A stretch of DNA of 63,983 nt, filler included, from Trichomonas gallinae (lineage: Eukaryota), in the NCBI GenBank assembly GCA_008369845.1. It is 10 parts of 10 records of this genome, joined end to end, with 100 filler letters (N's around TTAATTAATTAA, not from the genome) between each part and the next. Parts side by side here need not be neighbours in the genome. Positions count along the whole stretch, not along the records: positions 31,717 to 34,691 come from MRSU01000414.1; positions 34,792 to 55,537 come from MRSU01000415.1; 8 more parts are not named here. One strand, given 5' to 3'. Both the position numbers and the translations under genes were made by a program. The notes under the pieces are model-generated. The model had not been told where the DNA came from. It saw only the letters and a program-made list of their open reading frames with translations, and made no database searches. Shown here in pieces: positions 34,132 through 45,640 of this stretch. Within the stretch, counting starts at the first letter, position 1. The number at the start of each line of letters is the position of its first letter.

Positions 34132-34691
34132 ATGTCTGCTAACGCTGTTCAGGATCGCGAAGCCGTGATCAAGATGATGCTTGCCGCCAAGGTCTACCTC
34201 GGCTCTGCTAACCTCTCCTTCGGCATGAAGCCATACGTTTTCTCCCGCAGGAAAGATGGATCATATATCATCAACCTCTCCCACACATACGAGAAGATCA
34301 AGCTTGCTGCTCGCATGATCTACGCCGTTGATGAGCCAAAGGATGTCCTTGCCATCTCCACAAAGCCATTCGGTACTCGTGCCGTCCACAAGTTCGCCGA
34401 GTTCCTTGGCGCTAACTACGTCGAACAGCGCTTCACACCAGGCCTCTTCACAAACTACTCCATCAAGTCCTTCTGCGAACCACGCCTTATGATCGTCTGC
34501 GATCCAAACACAGACTCCCAGGCTGTCCACGAGGCTGCTTACGCTAACATCCCATGCATTGCTCTTTGCGACACAGATGCTCACCTCGACTACGTCGACT
34601 GCGTCATCCCATGCAACACAAAGAACAAAATGTCCATGGGTCTCGTCATGTGGCTCCTCACACGTGAGGTTCTCCGCCTCCGTGGTGGCTT
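34132..34691 (+). CDS. RPSA: 40S ribosomal protein SA (uS2), 3'-truncated by linker
   Basis: Motifs YEKIKLAAR, RAVHKFA, RFTPGLFTN, EPRL, EAAYANIPCIALCDTD and WLLTREVLRLRG. Confidence 0.97.
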
Positions 34692-34791
34692 NNNNNNNNN
34701 NNNNNNNNNNNNNNNNNNNNNNNNNNNNNNNNNNNTTAATTAATTAANNNNNNNNNNNNNNNNNNNNNNNNNNNNNNNNNNNNNNNNNNNN

Positions 34792-35444
34792 TTGTCAACA
34801 AAGAATTTGAGGTTTCCTTGTGGATTTTTGATCATCGCTTGCATTGCACGAGTAATTCTTGATTTATCATTGGAGAATAAGTCTTCTGGTTCATACTCTG
34901 AGATTGCGGTGATCTCTCCTTTGGCTAATTTCAGTGTTTGAAGAAGTTGGAATCTTGAAACTTTTCTTTTTATTGAATCCTCTGGAAGAAGTGGGAAATC
35001 TGGCTTCTTACCCCATTTTGGTTTGATTTCGATTGTGAGAGATCCCATTGGGCAGTGATTTGTATGCAAACAACAGATTGTTGTTGCAACATCGATGACT
35101 GACTCTTTAATACGACGCTCAGAACGTAATGGTTGAGTAATTTCTGCTAATTTCTGAATAAATTCGGTGTTAATTTGATAAATTTTTCCTAAATCGATAT
35201 CTTGAAGAACATCGCCAACAAAACGATTGATGTAATTAACATGAAGTTGTAGCTTGTGCTTTCTTTCCTCTGGTGTGATATAAACTTTATTAGGAAGTAG
35301 AGATTTCTTGAATAATCTCATTGCTTTGCCTTTGAGTTCTGGAATTTTTGTCCCAACATAGCCAAACAGGATAGAATCACTACCTTCAGCAAGGAATTTC
35401 CATTCTGTTGGATCATCAGACGGAAATTTAGGAAAATCAGCCAT
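34792..35444 (-). CDS. IPK1: Inositol-pentakisphosphate 2-kinase (IPK1-like), 3'-truncated
   Basis: Motifs WKFLAEG, IEIKPKW, RFQLLQ, YEPEDLFS and NLKFFVD. Confidence 0.85.
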
Positions 35445-35711
35445 CGTCAAATAGAATTTTGACACTTTACATTTCCACTGAATTTATTTTGACATGTGTA
35501 ATCAAAATCTGACATGTAAACTAAACACTTTTTATGTCATGTAAATATTTTACAAAGTCATTATTTTTCGCACATCATTTTTTGTTGAAATATGACCCAA
35601 CAAGTCATAGCATTGAATCAAAATATCACAATTAATCTATATATTGAAAAATATGAAACGAGGTTTAACAAAATTATTACATAGATAGAAAAAAAAAAAA
35701 CTAAAACAAAA

Positions 35712-36833
35712 TCAAGTAATGAGAGATTGAGTTGTGGTTGTAGATGCTTCTAATTCAATATTCTTTGGTTTCGGCTTATAGAAGATGAAAACGAGAACTA
35801 GAACAAACATTGTAACAAGAACGCTTGTGGATACAATTCCAATGATAATATCTTGTGGCAAACGCTTGTTTGGTGTCCTTGAATATGACATAACTGGTGT
35901 TGGCGTTGGAATATCTACTGTTGGTTCTGGAGAAAATTCTGTAGTAGTAGTAGTTGTGATTTCTGTATCAATAGTTGTAGTTGTTGTTGTAAAATCAGGT
36001 TCTATAGCTGTCGTAGTTGTTGTTGTAATAAAATCTGATGTTGATGCATTAATTGTTTCTTCGGAAACTGCATTTTGAAGGTCTAATAGAGAATATAATC
36101 CGCCATTTTGTGGAATTTCATAGCTTCCTGTTGGGAAAAACCATTCATTATTTGATGATTGGATTCTTTGAGCTTTTATGACAGTGTTTTCATCACCCGC
36201 ATTGAGTTGAATACGCTTGACTCTTCCAATCATAGAATCATTGGAATGTAAATTATATTTATTATTAAAACTGAATTTCATCTTGTCTTTTGAAATAACA
36301 AGAAGTGACGCATCTTCTGAATCGATCTTTTCTGTGTAGGAGAGTGTATATTCATTTTCGCTTGAATCAATAATTGAAAGTAATGATTTGGTGCTCTTGT
36401 ATTCATTGTTTGTATTCACTAGTGGATATATTTGTAATTTGCATGGTTTGCTTTGATTTAAACAGCGAATTTGACTGATTGACAATTTACTGGATTCACT
36501 TTTCTTCGAGATCTGCAATAATGAATTTCTGATCACAGTTGAATATTCGTAAGACGTACTTGAATCTGAATGAGTTACTGGATTTGCAAGTTTTACATCA
36601 AAATCATTATCACTAGCAATGATGTAATCTCCAATCAAGCATGAATATTCATCGGATGGAATAACTAATTCGTATGGATCATCAATTAAATCGAATCTAT
36701 AGTAGACATTGGATGATGATTCAGAACACTCTTTAAAAGCAGTTGCATATGATTTATCGATGGTGTAGCCACTTGTTGTAGCAACATTGTTGATGCTGCT
36801 GCTGAAATTCAGCGCGTATAAATATTGGCTCAT
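35712..36833 (-). CDS. Single-pass surface protein with a Thr-rich mucin-like stalk
   Basis: Three poly-Thr runs plus PEPT/PTPTP precede the TM segment IIIGIVSTSVLVTMFVLVLVFIFY and KPKPK. The likely start is MSQYL. Confidence 0.8.
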   Translation of the reverse strand: MSQYLYALNFSSSINNVATTSGYTIDKSYATAFKECSESSSNVYYRFDLIDDPYELVIPSDEYSCLIGDYIIASDNDFDVKLANPVTHSDSSTSYEYSTVIRNSLLQISKKSESSKLSISQIRCLNQSKPCKLQIYPLVNTNNEYKSTKSLLSIIDSSENEYTLSYTEKIDSEDASLLVISKDKMKFSFNNKYNLHSNDSMIGRVKRIQLNAGDENTVIKAQRIQSSNNEWFFPTGSYEIPQNGGLYSLLDLQNAVSEETINASTSDFITTTTTTAIEPDFTTTTTTIDTEITTTTTTEFSPEPTVDIPTPTPVMSYSRTPNKRLPQDIIIGIVSTSVLVTMFVLVLVFIFYKPKPKNIELEASTTTTQSLIT

Positions 36834-37639
36834 TTTAAAAATTTTGAATAAAATCTGCAGAGTTTGAATCGATAATAATCGGTTTTTTTTTACATCAAAA
36901 TTGTTGATGTCATTATTATTCATTATGTTACAGATTCATGCTTTTCTGTGTAATTCACACCATTTATATGTCGGCTGCAATGATTTACCAAATTTTTTAA
37001 AAAAGGAATAATATGATTTCAATTCTACCAATAAATTTGCCTCAAACCAATATATAAAAACATATATATACTTGAGTATCTATATGCATGATATCTAAGC
37101 ATTAGCTCTGTAGGATAATGTAGAAACGCAATATTATTTTTCATCATATTAATATTCATATTAAATCTATGTCTTTATCACAGTATTGATATACTTTCAT
37201 ATATAATAGATTGGATGCTAGTTCTCATATGATTTGTGCTATTAGAATAGTACTATCGTGTTTATATATTGAGATAATTGTCGATTTTGACCACCGTGAC
37301 AATCATTATCTATTATTCAATTCCTCAGCCAATTCATCAATGGTTATTTGTCACTATATAGTCTATTGCCAAGGTTAGGGACCAATTGGTTGTGCAGTTT
37401 CATTATATATTTATCTTCAAATTTGAATCGTATTTGAATTAACCACAATGAGATTTGGTGAATATTTAATTCGATACATGCATGATGATATACTAATTAT
37501 TACAATTATTCATGAATCATCTTTTAGTTTTACATATCAAAATAAATAATTTACATTGCAAAATTCGATGTTTATAAATCGAGTATTTGATTATGCCATA
37601 TAGGATCTAATTATCTAAGGAATACAAAAACTATGATCT

Positions 37640-38239
37640 CTATTTTGCTTGTGGTGAATCTTTGTTTGTAATTTCAACGTCCCCTAATACCTTTTTGAGC
37701 TCTTTGTACATGGCACACTTGTGAAGCATGAATCCATCATTTCCAAATTCAGATTTGAGTTTAGAAATGTTTTCAATATCAGCTTCTTTTTCTTTAAGAG
37801 CTTTGGCAAGCTGTGACCTAGCATCTATTGAACCGTCTGACTTAAAGACAACTTTGTAAGTGTTACTTTCTTTTGGAATTGTTTCATTTTTAGCTGACGC
37901 TGATTTTTCATCAGATTTAATGACTTTTGGCTCTGATTTTACTTTGTTGCTGGATTTAGGCGGCTCATACTCAAATGCTGGCGATATTACGTTTTCATCC
38001 TTGTCTGCTGTTTCTTTGTCTTCATCTCCAATATTGTGGAACTCATAGTCACCTAATGCTTTTACAAGCTTTTTATAGAGTAAACACGAATGAATTAAAT
38101 TTCCATTGAAATCAAATTCGTATCCTAGGTTTGTAAATTCATCTATGGATAAATCGAGTGACTTTAGTGCTTTGGCGGTTTGCGTCCTTCCATCAATTCC
38201 ACCATTTTTGTTGATGCGAATATTAAGACGTTTAGACAT
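37640..38239 (-). CDS. Hypothetical protein with two copies of a ~65-aa domain
   Basis: KNGGIDGRTQTAKALK...EFDFNG...H.C.LYKKLVKALGD and KSDGSIDARSQLAKALK...EFGNDG...HKC.MYKELKKVLGD. Confidence 0.8.
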   Translation of the reverse strand: MSKRLNIRINKNGGIDGRTQTAKALKSLDLSIDEFTNLGYEFDFNGNLIHSCLLYKKLVKALGDYEFHNIGDEDKETADKDENVISPAFEYEPPKSSNKVKSEPKVIKSDEKSASAKNETIPKESNTYKVVFKSDGSIDARSQLAKALKEKEADIENISKLKSEFGNDGFMLHKCAMYKELKKVLGDVEITNKDSPQAK

Positions 38240-38462
38240 TTTAGCAAAATGATTTTCTCGAATGTTATTTATTCAAACAACTCCACAAGAGTTCATAATT
38301 ACTATAATAATCCAAAAATTGGAAATTTTGACTCAAATTTGATTTGTCGATTGTATATTATTGCTATACGAGACTGATAATTAAAACACTTCCTGAAATC
38401 CAAATCTATATGTTAATTATAAGAAAGAAAATATTTACAAATAAAAATATAATATAAATTAA

Positions 38463-41400
38463 TTAGAGAAGAAATCTGTTTTGTGATTGTGATAGCTGTC
38501 CACTGGTGATATTTCTATCTGGAACAATGACTGTGTAGTCAGAACATGAACAGATGAAAGCCTCGTAGTCGACGTTGAACATTATCTGGCTGCAAGGAAT
38601 CCTAAGTGTTGTGATTGTTGCTTTGTCGCAGTGATTTATAGGGTCAATGATGATTATTTTACCGTCGTTCATACTTGCGACAATCAGCTCGTCGAAGTTG
38701 TTATTCTTGTAGAAACAGTAGTCGAGTGCATTCGAGAATCTTTCGTCGTAAGTGTCTCTAACTAATTCTCCACTGCATGTCATAGTGATCAGTGACTTAG
38801 TGAAGCAGAAAACGAACAAACAGCTCGTCTGTAGATATGTTATCTTCATGATCTTCTCGTCGACGTTATGATTCACTTTGAAAGTCCTGAAAACTCTCAT
38901 ATTGTGAGATGTCATGAAGAAAACTGTGTTCTCGGAATCTACTGCAATGATAATGTTATTGAAAAGACAGCAGTATATATCCAAAATTGAATACGAAGAA
39001 ATAGAAATAGATTTTGACACGCGATTTTCTTTGTTAATTTCTTTGACGCTGCCGTTTTCAAGTCCACAGTAAATCATCGATTTGTCACTGTGCATCGAGC
39101 AAACGTGGCCAATTTTCTCACAAACTGTGTATGTTCTGTCATCAATGTCGAAGATCGTGAAAAAGTCATCGCATCTGTTGAAGAATGAAATCATCGCTTT
39201 CGTTGACGGAATATGTCTGATTGTGCACGCGGGCGAAATCTTGTGCATGACTGTTGTTTTGATTGTCGAATACTCAATTCCTTGTACGCAATTAGGTGTG
39301 AAGCAATAAACCATTCCTCTGAACAGAAACTGGTAGCTGATGTTTTGTATGTCAAGCCTGACAATCTGTCTTGGAATTCCTTTCGTCTGCGGATTTCTCG
39401 CTGGATGGAATGAGTCAAACAACTGCTGAGGCGCGTTGCCTTGTTCTCCCATGACTTCTTCTATGTCATCCGATCTGTCCTCGAATGCGTTTGTGAAAAT
39501 TTTGTAGCTGTAAGTGTTGCTTTTTATCGTCGCTGACGTTCCTTGTTGTGAAATTCCGAAAACCATATCTATCCACTTCTCGATGTTGTTGTCGTCTTGT
39601 TCAAGTAAGATTCTGTTCTTGTTCACGAAGTCACTGGCATCTGTGCACCATTTTGGAACTTCAATATTCTTGAGATTGTCAACACAATAAAAATATTCTT
39701 CAACAGATTCATATGCATCGAAATCACCATCAATTTCGGGGATTTCTTCGTCTTCGTTCGTTTTCCTTGGCTGTATGAATTTGCCTGAGTCTGTGACTAA
39801 CTTCTTGAAGACTTCGTTGATAGATTTTAAGCCTGTCTCGAAAATCGAGTCTTGGACACTTCTCGGGTTAGATATGTAGTTGTTTTTGTATAAAACTGCA
39901 TTGTCCTTCTCGAAAACAGACATGTACTCGTTTTCTTTCAATCTGTCGACTTTCGCTTTGTTCACGCAGTTGATGTTTCTCGACAAATTCCTTGGAGTCA
40001 TCTCTTCGTTGTATGACGAATATAGCCAAGGGAAGATTGGATAATTTTCGCGATTCAAGAAACTTCTTCCCGAAATAATATTGAGCCAGTGAATATATTC
40101 ATATGTTGAAATCATTCTTCTCTTCCATCTGAGAGTGAGTTTCAGCTTCATCAACATCTCGTAAGGAACAGAGTCGTAATAAAGGAAGACCTGGTTATCC
40201 ACTGGAATGTGATCTGCTATAAAATTAACGAACCTGTGGTTGTGTTCTTCTGGGAATTTAAGTAAGAAAGCTTTCCGTGATTTCAAGTAAATTGACATGC
40301 AGTTCGGATGATGGCGCCACCATTCCCAAGTTATAGACAAAATATCTCTGAAGTCGAATTTGTAGAAAATAATGACTTCGCTTCTGACAATGAAATGGCC
40401 GTTGTCGATGAAGCAGAAAACATCTATTTCTCCGTCATCGCAGATAAGTTTGCAAACCTGGAAGAATGAATAGTTCTTTGCGTCGAATTTCTTCATGAAG
40501 TATCTATCGCTGTCGTTGAGTTTGATTATCGGAGGAGGAGTTTGAATGACTTTCTTCGTGAATAAATAGGGTCTGAGCATCGAGTCAAATAGATGTCTTC
40601 TCGTGTATTTGTCTTCCATGTTCATTATGAAAACGAATCCAGAGTCTTCATATGTAAATGATTCCTGTATTTTTTCGAATGTGTGCTGACGCTTGTACGA
40701 TTGCATTACGAAGAACTTGTCCATGAACGACAACAAGTTCGACATCAGTGGACAGTCAATGCAGACGTATTCGACTGGCGTCAGCATGAATTCAACAAGT
40801 ATTTCTTCGATGCTTGAGAAAGGCTTCAATTCTCTGAAGAAAGTTTCTAGTGTTTCATTCTTTTTTTCTATTGTGTAAAGATTGTTGGCTATATCTACCT
40901 GAAACGCTTTGTAAAACATCGGTGCATCTGCTTCGCACGATTCCTGCTGTATCGCACACTCAGGGAACAAGATTGAGTATGATTTGCTCATTGGCAATTT
41001 TTGGAATAATGCATCCAATAAATGGCTGTGCTTCGAATTCGAGTTCCTTTCTGCTCTTAAAACATAGCTCAACAAAATGACAAATAAATCATATGATTCT
41101 GGTGATAAATCATTATCATTGACGTTGTCTAATAAAATTGTAGCAACATTCATGTCTTCCCAGTCCCCATCTACGAGTTTTGGTCCATCGGAGTAGTTCT
41201 GCTTTTGTCTGTTTTTAAGAATGAAATCTAAAAGACTTCCGATATCTTTCGCATTTTCGTTTTCTTCGGTTTGTTGGTCAACCAAGTCAACATGCTTCGT
41301 CCTTAGTAAATAGTTTGACACTATTGACACGAAGTAGTTCTTGTCGTGAGGTGTTCCATTGGAAAAGACTCTCATCGTCATTGCGCTCAACAACGTGTTT

Positions 41401-44400
41401 GCGATCAAGTGTACATCGAGCTTTATATAATCATTCATCAGTTCTAAAAATTTCAGACAATCTCCGAGTAGATCTGTGTTCTGCTTGATTAAGTTCACGA
41501 ATGTTACTGTGTGGTTGTGATTGAACATCAAGAGGAAAGCAGAGACAACGGCGAGTGAAAGCGGCTTTAATGTTTTCGCGATTTTGACGCAAATTTCTGT
41601 GTCAGCTAAAGTGTTGTCGATGAATACTTGCATTTCGTTCCTCATTTCTTCGGAAACATAGGACCCCAAAATGCATATGAACGGGAACAATGGACTTGCA
41701 ATTGAAGAAAACTTCTTGAGTCTTGTTATTTCAGAAATCGGCTGAACTTTTTTCGCTCCAATGAAATAATTGCAAAACTCCAAAGCGAATTCTTCATTTA
41801 ATTCCTGACTCCTGAACCTGGTTTCATTCATGAAGAACCACAGCAGTCTACTTGCATATGGCTCTTCATTTTGGATAAAGAGCATAATAATGGAATAAAT
41901 AACATAAGGCTGAGAAGATGAAAGCAAACTTCTGCTTCCCAAAATAAAATGCTTGACTCTGTTGCTTGCTTTTGGATCTCGATGCGCGAGAGCGAAAAAG
42001 ACTTGCAAAACTTGCATTGAAACATCTTTGTCATCTTTGTAATTCTCTAAAAATCTAAACAAAATTTGCAGCAATTTTTCGTCGATGTTAATATATACAT
42101 ATTGTCTCAATATCGACAGCAACAACGTGTGAGAGTTTCCATTAAATAAATCACTTCTAGTTATATAATAAATGATTCGTTCAACAGGTATAAGCTTCGC
42201 GAAAGTTCTTTTGTCTTCGTCTTGTAAGACCGACCATTTCTGTAACAAAACTGATGCTGAATTTTTGTCTTTAAACCATAGTTGTGTTCCAACGAAAACG
42301 TATTTATGGATATCGTATTTAAGGCTTTTCACTAAAATCTCACTTTCTAGTTTAATAAGTGAATCGTATAATGGAATTGTTGGCATTGATACTTTATCTA
42401 GTGTTGCTGCGAATGCTCTGAAAAATTTTATTTTGTGCATATATCTTTGTATTTCAACATTTTTGCTTATCAATAAAACTAAAATTTCTATGACATCAAC
42501 CAATAAATTCTCTGGACAATATTGTGACATCAGCAAGAAGAATTCAACACCATTTGTATTCAGCAAATTCTTCTTGAACGAATTAACATTGCAGATCAAG
42601 TTTGGCCTGATTTGAACAAATTCGTATTCAGATGAAACAGTGTTTAATAGTTTTTCTCCGTCGATGTTTCTATCTGACGAAAAATGATTCAACAGTTTAT
42701 CGAATGAATAAACTGAAATCGGGCCAGTGAAGTTTGTTTCTTGTGTTGTTCCGAAAGTATCATTCCTTGGACTAGCTTCAAATAGCTTCAGATTAAAATC
42801 ACTTAAATCGTTGAAATTATTTGTCGACAAATTTGAAACTACTTGATTCTCGATTAACAATGTGTATTCATGTAATCTATTTACTACTATTTCGAATTTG
42901 TACCATTTTGACATCTCAAAATTCTCTTTTGTTATTTTTGAAGTGTAATGTGTTGAATCTACAATTAATTCAAAATCTTCTTTCGTTATTGTTGCTGAAA
43001 TTATTTTATTCTCACCTTCTATTTTGAACAATTGGAAATGATCCGAGCAGAGCATTATGTCTGTCACTATCTTGAATGTGTCTGAATTCATTTTCACGTT
43101 AATTCCGAGAGATTCGGGTGAAAAACAGAATATTGATTCTTCTACAAAGCTTGTTTCGTTGCTGTTTAAAATGTTTTTTGTCATATTTAGAAGAGTAGAA
43201 TAATCACTTTCCTTTATATCCTTGTAGAAGTTATAATAGTCTCGAATCATTTTTGTGTTTGTGAATTTTTTAGCGATCAGTTCGTATAGATCAATATATT
43301 GGAAAACAGATGAATGTGAAACTTCTTGTATTATAGAGAATAAATCGCATTTGATGCACTGAACTTTTTGGATATCATTAGACTTCGCAAGATTTGTTAT
43401 TCTAGCCATGAAATCATTTTTGAAGTCGCTTTTGATTATTGCTTTAATAAATGGATATGAGTCCATGTTTGTTATTCCTATAAATTCGGTTTGTGAGCCA
43501 GAAATAATCATGCAGAGAACTGTATATATTTGCAAACTGATTCCAACGCTTTGTATTACACTTGCAATCATTTCTATTTCGTATTTAGACAAAGCTCTTA
43601 TGCTAGGCTTCATCGCTAGTGATACCATTAATAATGCATTTATCAGTATGTCTGGATTCATGTTTGGCTTAAATAGTCCGATAATATATCTAAATGTCTC
43701 CGTTTGAAAAAAGTCTTTGACGAACGATTTGTTTTCTATTGTTATCAGAGATGAGTGCAAAGTATTTAATATATTCGATAGAATTTGAAGATCTTCTGTC
43801 TTGACAAGCTTATCGTATAATGCTGACATGAATGTTGTAGTGTCTGAGTTGTTTGTCCTAAAGAAAATCGCTAAAATGTTTGTCAGAGACCTGCCGTACT
43901 TTAAATCGAAGATTAAATTAACAATTCCTGAGCTCAATGAGCTGCTTGAGATAATATAACTATTTATATTCTTCATGTTGCATATTTTTTTGATAATCTT
44001 TAATTCGAGTTTTTTCATTTCTTTTGAATATGGTGATTCATCGTCTATATTTAATTCAGCAAATATGCTGGCCATCATTGGCTCTATTTCTCGTTCTGTT
44101 AATGTCCTATAATTAACAATAATAGTCGTATAATACAGAATTTCAGTAAATAAGCATGGCGAAGAAGCTAAATTGGTCATAAAGTTGACGAAATACTTGA
44201 CAATGTCTGAGTTGCTGATTTCTTTGTATATTGCTTTGTATAATAAGAAGCCAAACCTTCTTAAATTGACAACATAAGAAGATTTTGGATCAAACATCGA
44301 GTATTGGGAATCATATAATATTTCTGGGAAGAAGAAGTTGAAAGGAATCTTAACATCGGGGAGTTCGTCGTGATAAATTAGTTTATGAATGAATCCATAT

Positions 44401-45416
44401 GAAATTGACGGCATAATGAAATCTTTGAATTCTATCTGCGTAAGTAAGTTAAGCATAATTAATCTGGTTCGTAGACAGCACTTTGACATCAAATAAACTG
44501 TTGTTTTAACAGAATCTGGCAAATTTTCAAGACAGTTTTCGATTGGTGGAATATTTTCGTATTTTTCTATTGTAAAACTATTCATATCGATGTTATTTAC
44601 ACAGCAATACAACATATCTATGAAATAAGTCTGATTTTCAGGTGCAATTCCGAGAAGTTCGCATCTGAATGAAATTAGTCCGTCAAGAAGCTTTCTTTGA
44701 GTTGTTTCTCTTGCTAGTTGCGCTATTAGATTAATCGTAGGATTTATAAACTCGGGAGGCATTTTTAATTCTGAATTTGTTCGAATTTGTTTCGTTAAAC
44801 TGTTAAGAAATGTAATTAGCACCTGTATCTTTTCTGTGTAAAGCTGTTTTTTAAGGATAGTTTCTAGTAAAATTATAGTTTGCATTAAAACTGGCAATGA
44901 AAGAAATCTTACGCTTGAAATGTAAACGATAACATCTGATATATACGAGAAAACATTCGGAAGCTCGGTGATTTTCGACAAAAACATAAGAAATGTCGAA
45001 TGAATTTCTTTTGAAAAATTCGGAACAAAGTCAATCGACAAAACTAGGAACGTCACGAAATATTGTATGTAGTATGCATCTATTTTAGATATGTCATCAT
45101 AAATTACAGCAAGAAATGACTGAATTGAAATCACTCCTATGAACTGCTGTTGTTCTCTCTTTTCTGTGAGCATTCTCTGGTTCTCGTATATGTATTTCAT
45201 CAGCTTTGATCGTGTTTCCAGCTGCAAATTCAGCTTGGTTATCAAATCATTCGGCGTTATCACAGAATTTTTAAAGACTGAGAGATCGATGCTTGGAAGT
45301 AAGGCCTGAAACTCGCGTGGGAACAAAGAAATGAGCTTAGGATCAAGGTATGTCGCTTCAAATATCGTTGCAACAAGTTCAATCGAGAAGCCTTTTTCCA
45401 TCTCTGAATTTTTCAT
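38463..45416 (-). CDS. Beige/BEACH-domain protein (PH-BEACH-WD40 C-terminus)
   Basis: 2317 aa with WKRRMISTYEYIHWLNIISGRSF, YPIFPW, VPKWC, WIDMVFG, GNAPQQLF..FHP, then WD-like repeats. Confidence 0.92.
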   Translation of the reverse strand: MKNSEMEKGFSIELVATIFEATYLDPKLISLFPREFQALLPSIDLSVFKNSVITPNDLITKLNLQLETRSKLMKYIYENQRMLTEKREQQQFIGVISIQSFLAVIYDDISKIDAYYIQYFVTFLVLSIDFVPNFSKEIHSTFLMFLSKITELPNVFSYISDVIVYISSVRFLSLPVLMQTIILLETILKKQLYTEKIQVLITFLNSLTKQIRTNSELKMPPEFINPTINLIAQLARETTQRKLLDGLISFRCELLGIAPENQTYFIDMLYCCVNNIDMNSFTIEKYENIPPIENCLENLPDSVKTTVYLMSKCCLRTRLIMLNLLTQIEFKDFIMPSISYGFIHKLIYHDELPDVKIPFNFFFPEILYDSQYSMFDPKSSYVVNLRRFGFLLYKAIYKEISNSDIVKYFVNFMTNLASSPCLFTEILYYTTIIVNYRTLTEREIEPMMASIFAELNIDDESPYSKEMKKLELKIIKKICNMKNINSYIISSSSLSSGIVNLIFDLKYGRSLTNILAIFFRTNNSDTTTFMSALYDKLVKTEDLQILSNILNTLHSSLITIENKSFVKDFFQTETFRYIIGLFKPNMNPDILINALLMVSLAMKPSIRALSKYEIEMIASVIQSVGISLQIYTVLCMIISGSQTEFIGITNMDSYPFIKAIIKSDFKNDFMARITNLAKSNDIQKVQCIKCDLFSIIQEVSHSSVFQYIDLYELIAKKFTNTKMIRDYYNFYKDIKESDYSTLLNMTKNILNSNETSFVEESIFCFSPESLGINVKMNSDTFKIVTDIMLCSDHFQLFKIEGENKIISATITKEDFELIVDSTHYTSKITKENFEMSKWYKFEIVVNRLHEYTLLIENQVVSNLSTNNFNDLSDFNLKLFEASPRNDTFGTTQETNFTGPISVYSFDKLLNHFSSDRNIDGEKLLNTVSSEYEFVQIRPNLICNVNSFKKNLLNTNGVEFFLLMSQYCPENLLVDVIEILVLLISKNVEIQRYMHKIKFFRAFAATLDKVSMPTIPLYDSLIKLESEILVKSLKYDIHKYVFVGTQLWFKDKNSASVLLQKWSVLQDEDKRTFAKLIPVERIIYYITRSDLFNGNSHTLLLSILRQYVYINIDEKLLQILFRFLENYKDDKDVSMQVLQVFFALAHRDPKASNRVKHFILGSRSLLSSSQPYVIYSIIMLFIQNEEPYASRLLWFFMNETRFRSQELNEEFALEFCNYFIGAKKVQPISEITRLKKFSSIASPLFPFICILGSYVSEEMRNEMQVFIDNTLADTEICVKIAKTLKPLSLAVVSAFLLMFNHNHTVTFVNLIKQNTDLLGDCLKFLELMNDYIKLDVHLIANTLLSAMTMRVFSNGTPHDKNYFVSIVSNYLLRTKHVDLVDQQTEENENAKDIGSLLDFILKNRQKQNYSDGPKLVDGDWEDMNVATILLDNVNDNDLSPESYDLFVILLSYVLRAERNSNSKHSHLLDALFQKLPMSKSYSILFPECAIQQESCEADAPMFYKAFQVDIANNLYTIEKKNETLETFFRELKPFSSIEEILVEFMLTPVEYVCIDCPLMSNLLSFMDKFFVMQSYKRQHTFEKIQESFTYEDSGFVFIMNMEDKYTRRHLFDSMLRPYLFTKKVIQTPPPIIKLNDSDRYFMKKFDAKNYSFFQVCKLICDDGEIDVFCFIDNGHFIVRSEVIIFYKFDFRDILSITWEWWRHHPNCMSIYLKSRKAFLLKFPEEHNHRFVNFIADHIPVDNQVFLYYDSVPYEMLMKLKLTLRWKRRMISTYEYIHWLNIISGRSFLNRENYPIFPWLYSSYNEEMTPRNLSRNINCVNKAKVDRLKENEYMSVFEKDNAVLYKNNYISNPRSVQDSIFETGLKSINEVFKKLVTDSGKFIQPRKTNEDEEIPEIDGDFDAYESVEEYFYCVDNLKNIEVPKWCTDASDFVNKNRILLEQDDNNIEKWIDMVFGISQQGTSATIKSNTYSYKIFTNAFEDRSDDIEEVMGEQGNAPQQLFDSFHPARNPQTKGIPRQIVRLDIQNISYQFLFRGMVYCFTPNCVQGIEYSTIKTTVMHKISPACTIRHIPSTKAMISFFNRCDDFFTIFDIDDRTYTVCEKIGHVCSMHSDKSMIYCGLENGSVKEINKENRVSKSISISSYSILDIYCCLFNNIIIAVDSENTVFFMTSHNMRVFRTFKVNHNVDEKIMKITYLQTSCLFVFCFTKSLITMTCSGELVRDTYDERFSNALDYCFYKNNNFDELIVASMNDGKIIIIDPINHCDKATITTLRIPCSQIMFNVDYEAFICSCSDYTVIVPDRNITSGQLSQSQNRFLL

Positions 45417-45515
45417 AGTTTTTTTCCAAATTTTACCATTGTTTTTTATGTGATTTTTGGGATGTACTTGTTATTACAAAGCGGAAAAACCAAAAATCGG
45501 CTGCCTCTGATAATT

Positions 45516-45640
45516 ATGACGCGTAAAATGATCTTTTTGTCACATCATATGTCATATGACATGTAAAGTGATCTTTTTGCCACATCAAATTTTAATTAAA
45601 TTTATATGTCGGTATAGTGATCTTTTTGTCACATCAAAAT
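45516..45640 (+). repeat. Triplicated ~40-bp unit in the BEACH/SDA1 divergent promoter
   Basis: Three copies of GTAWARTGATCTTTTTGYCACATCA. The first two are preceded by TGACRYGTAAA. Confidence 0.85.

Noticed and set aside
22831..45640. CRISPR-like arrays
   Set aside because: The repeats have only 2-3 units without unique spacers, in a eukaryotic context with no cas genes.
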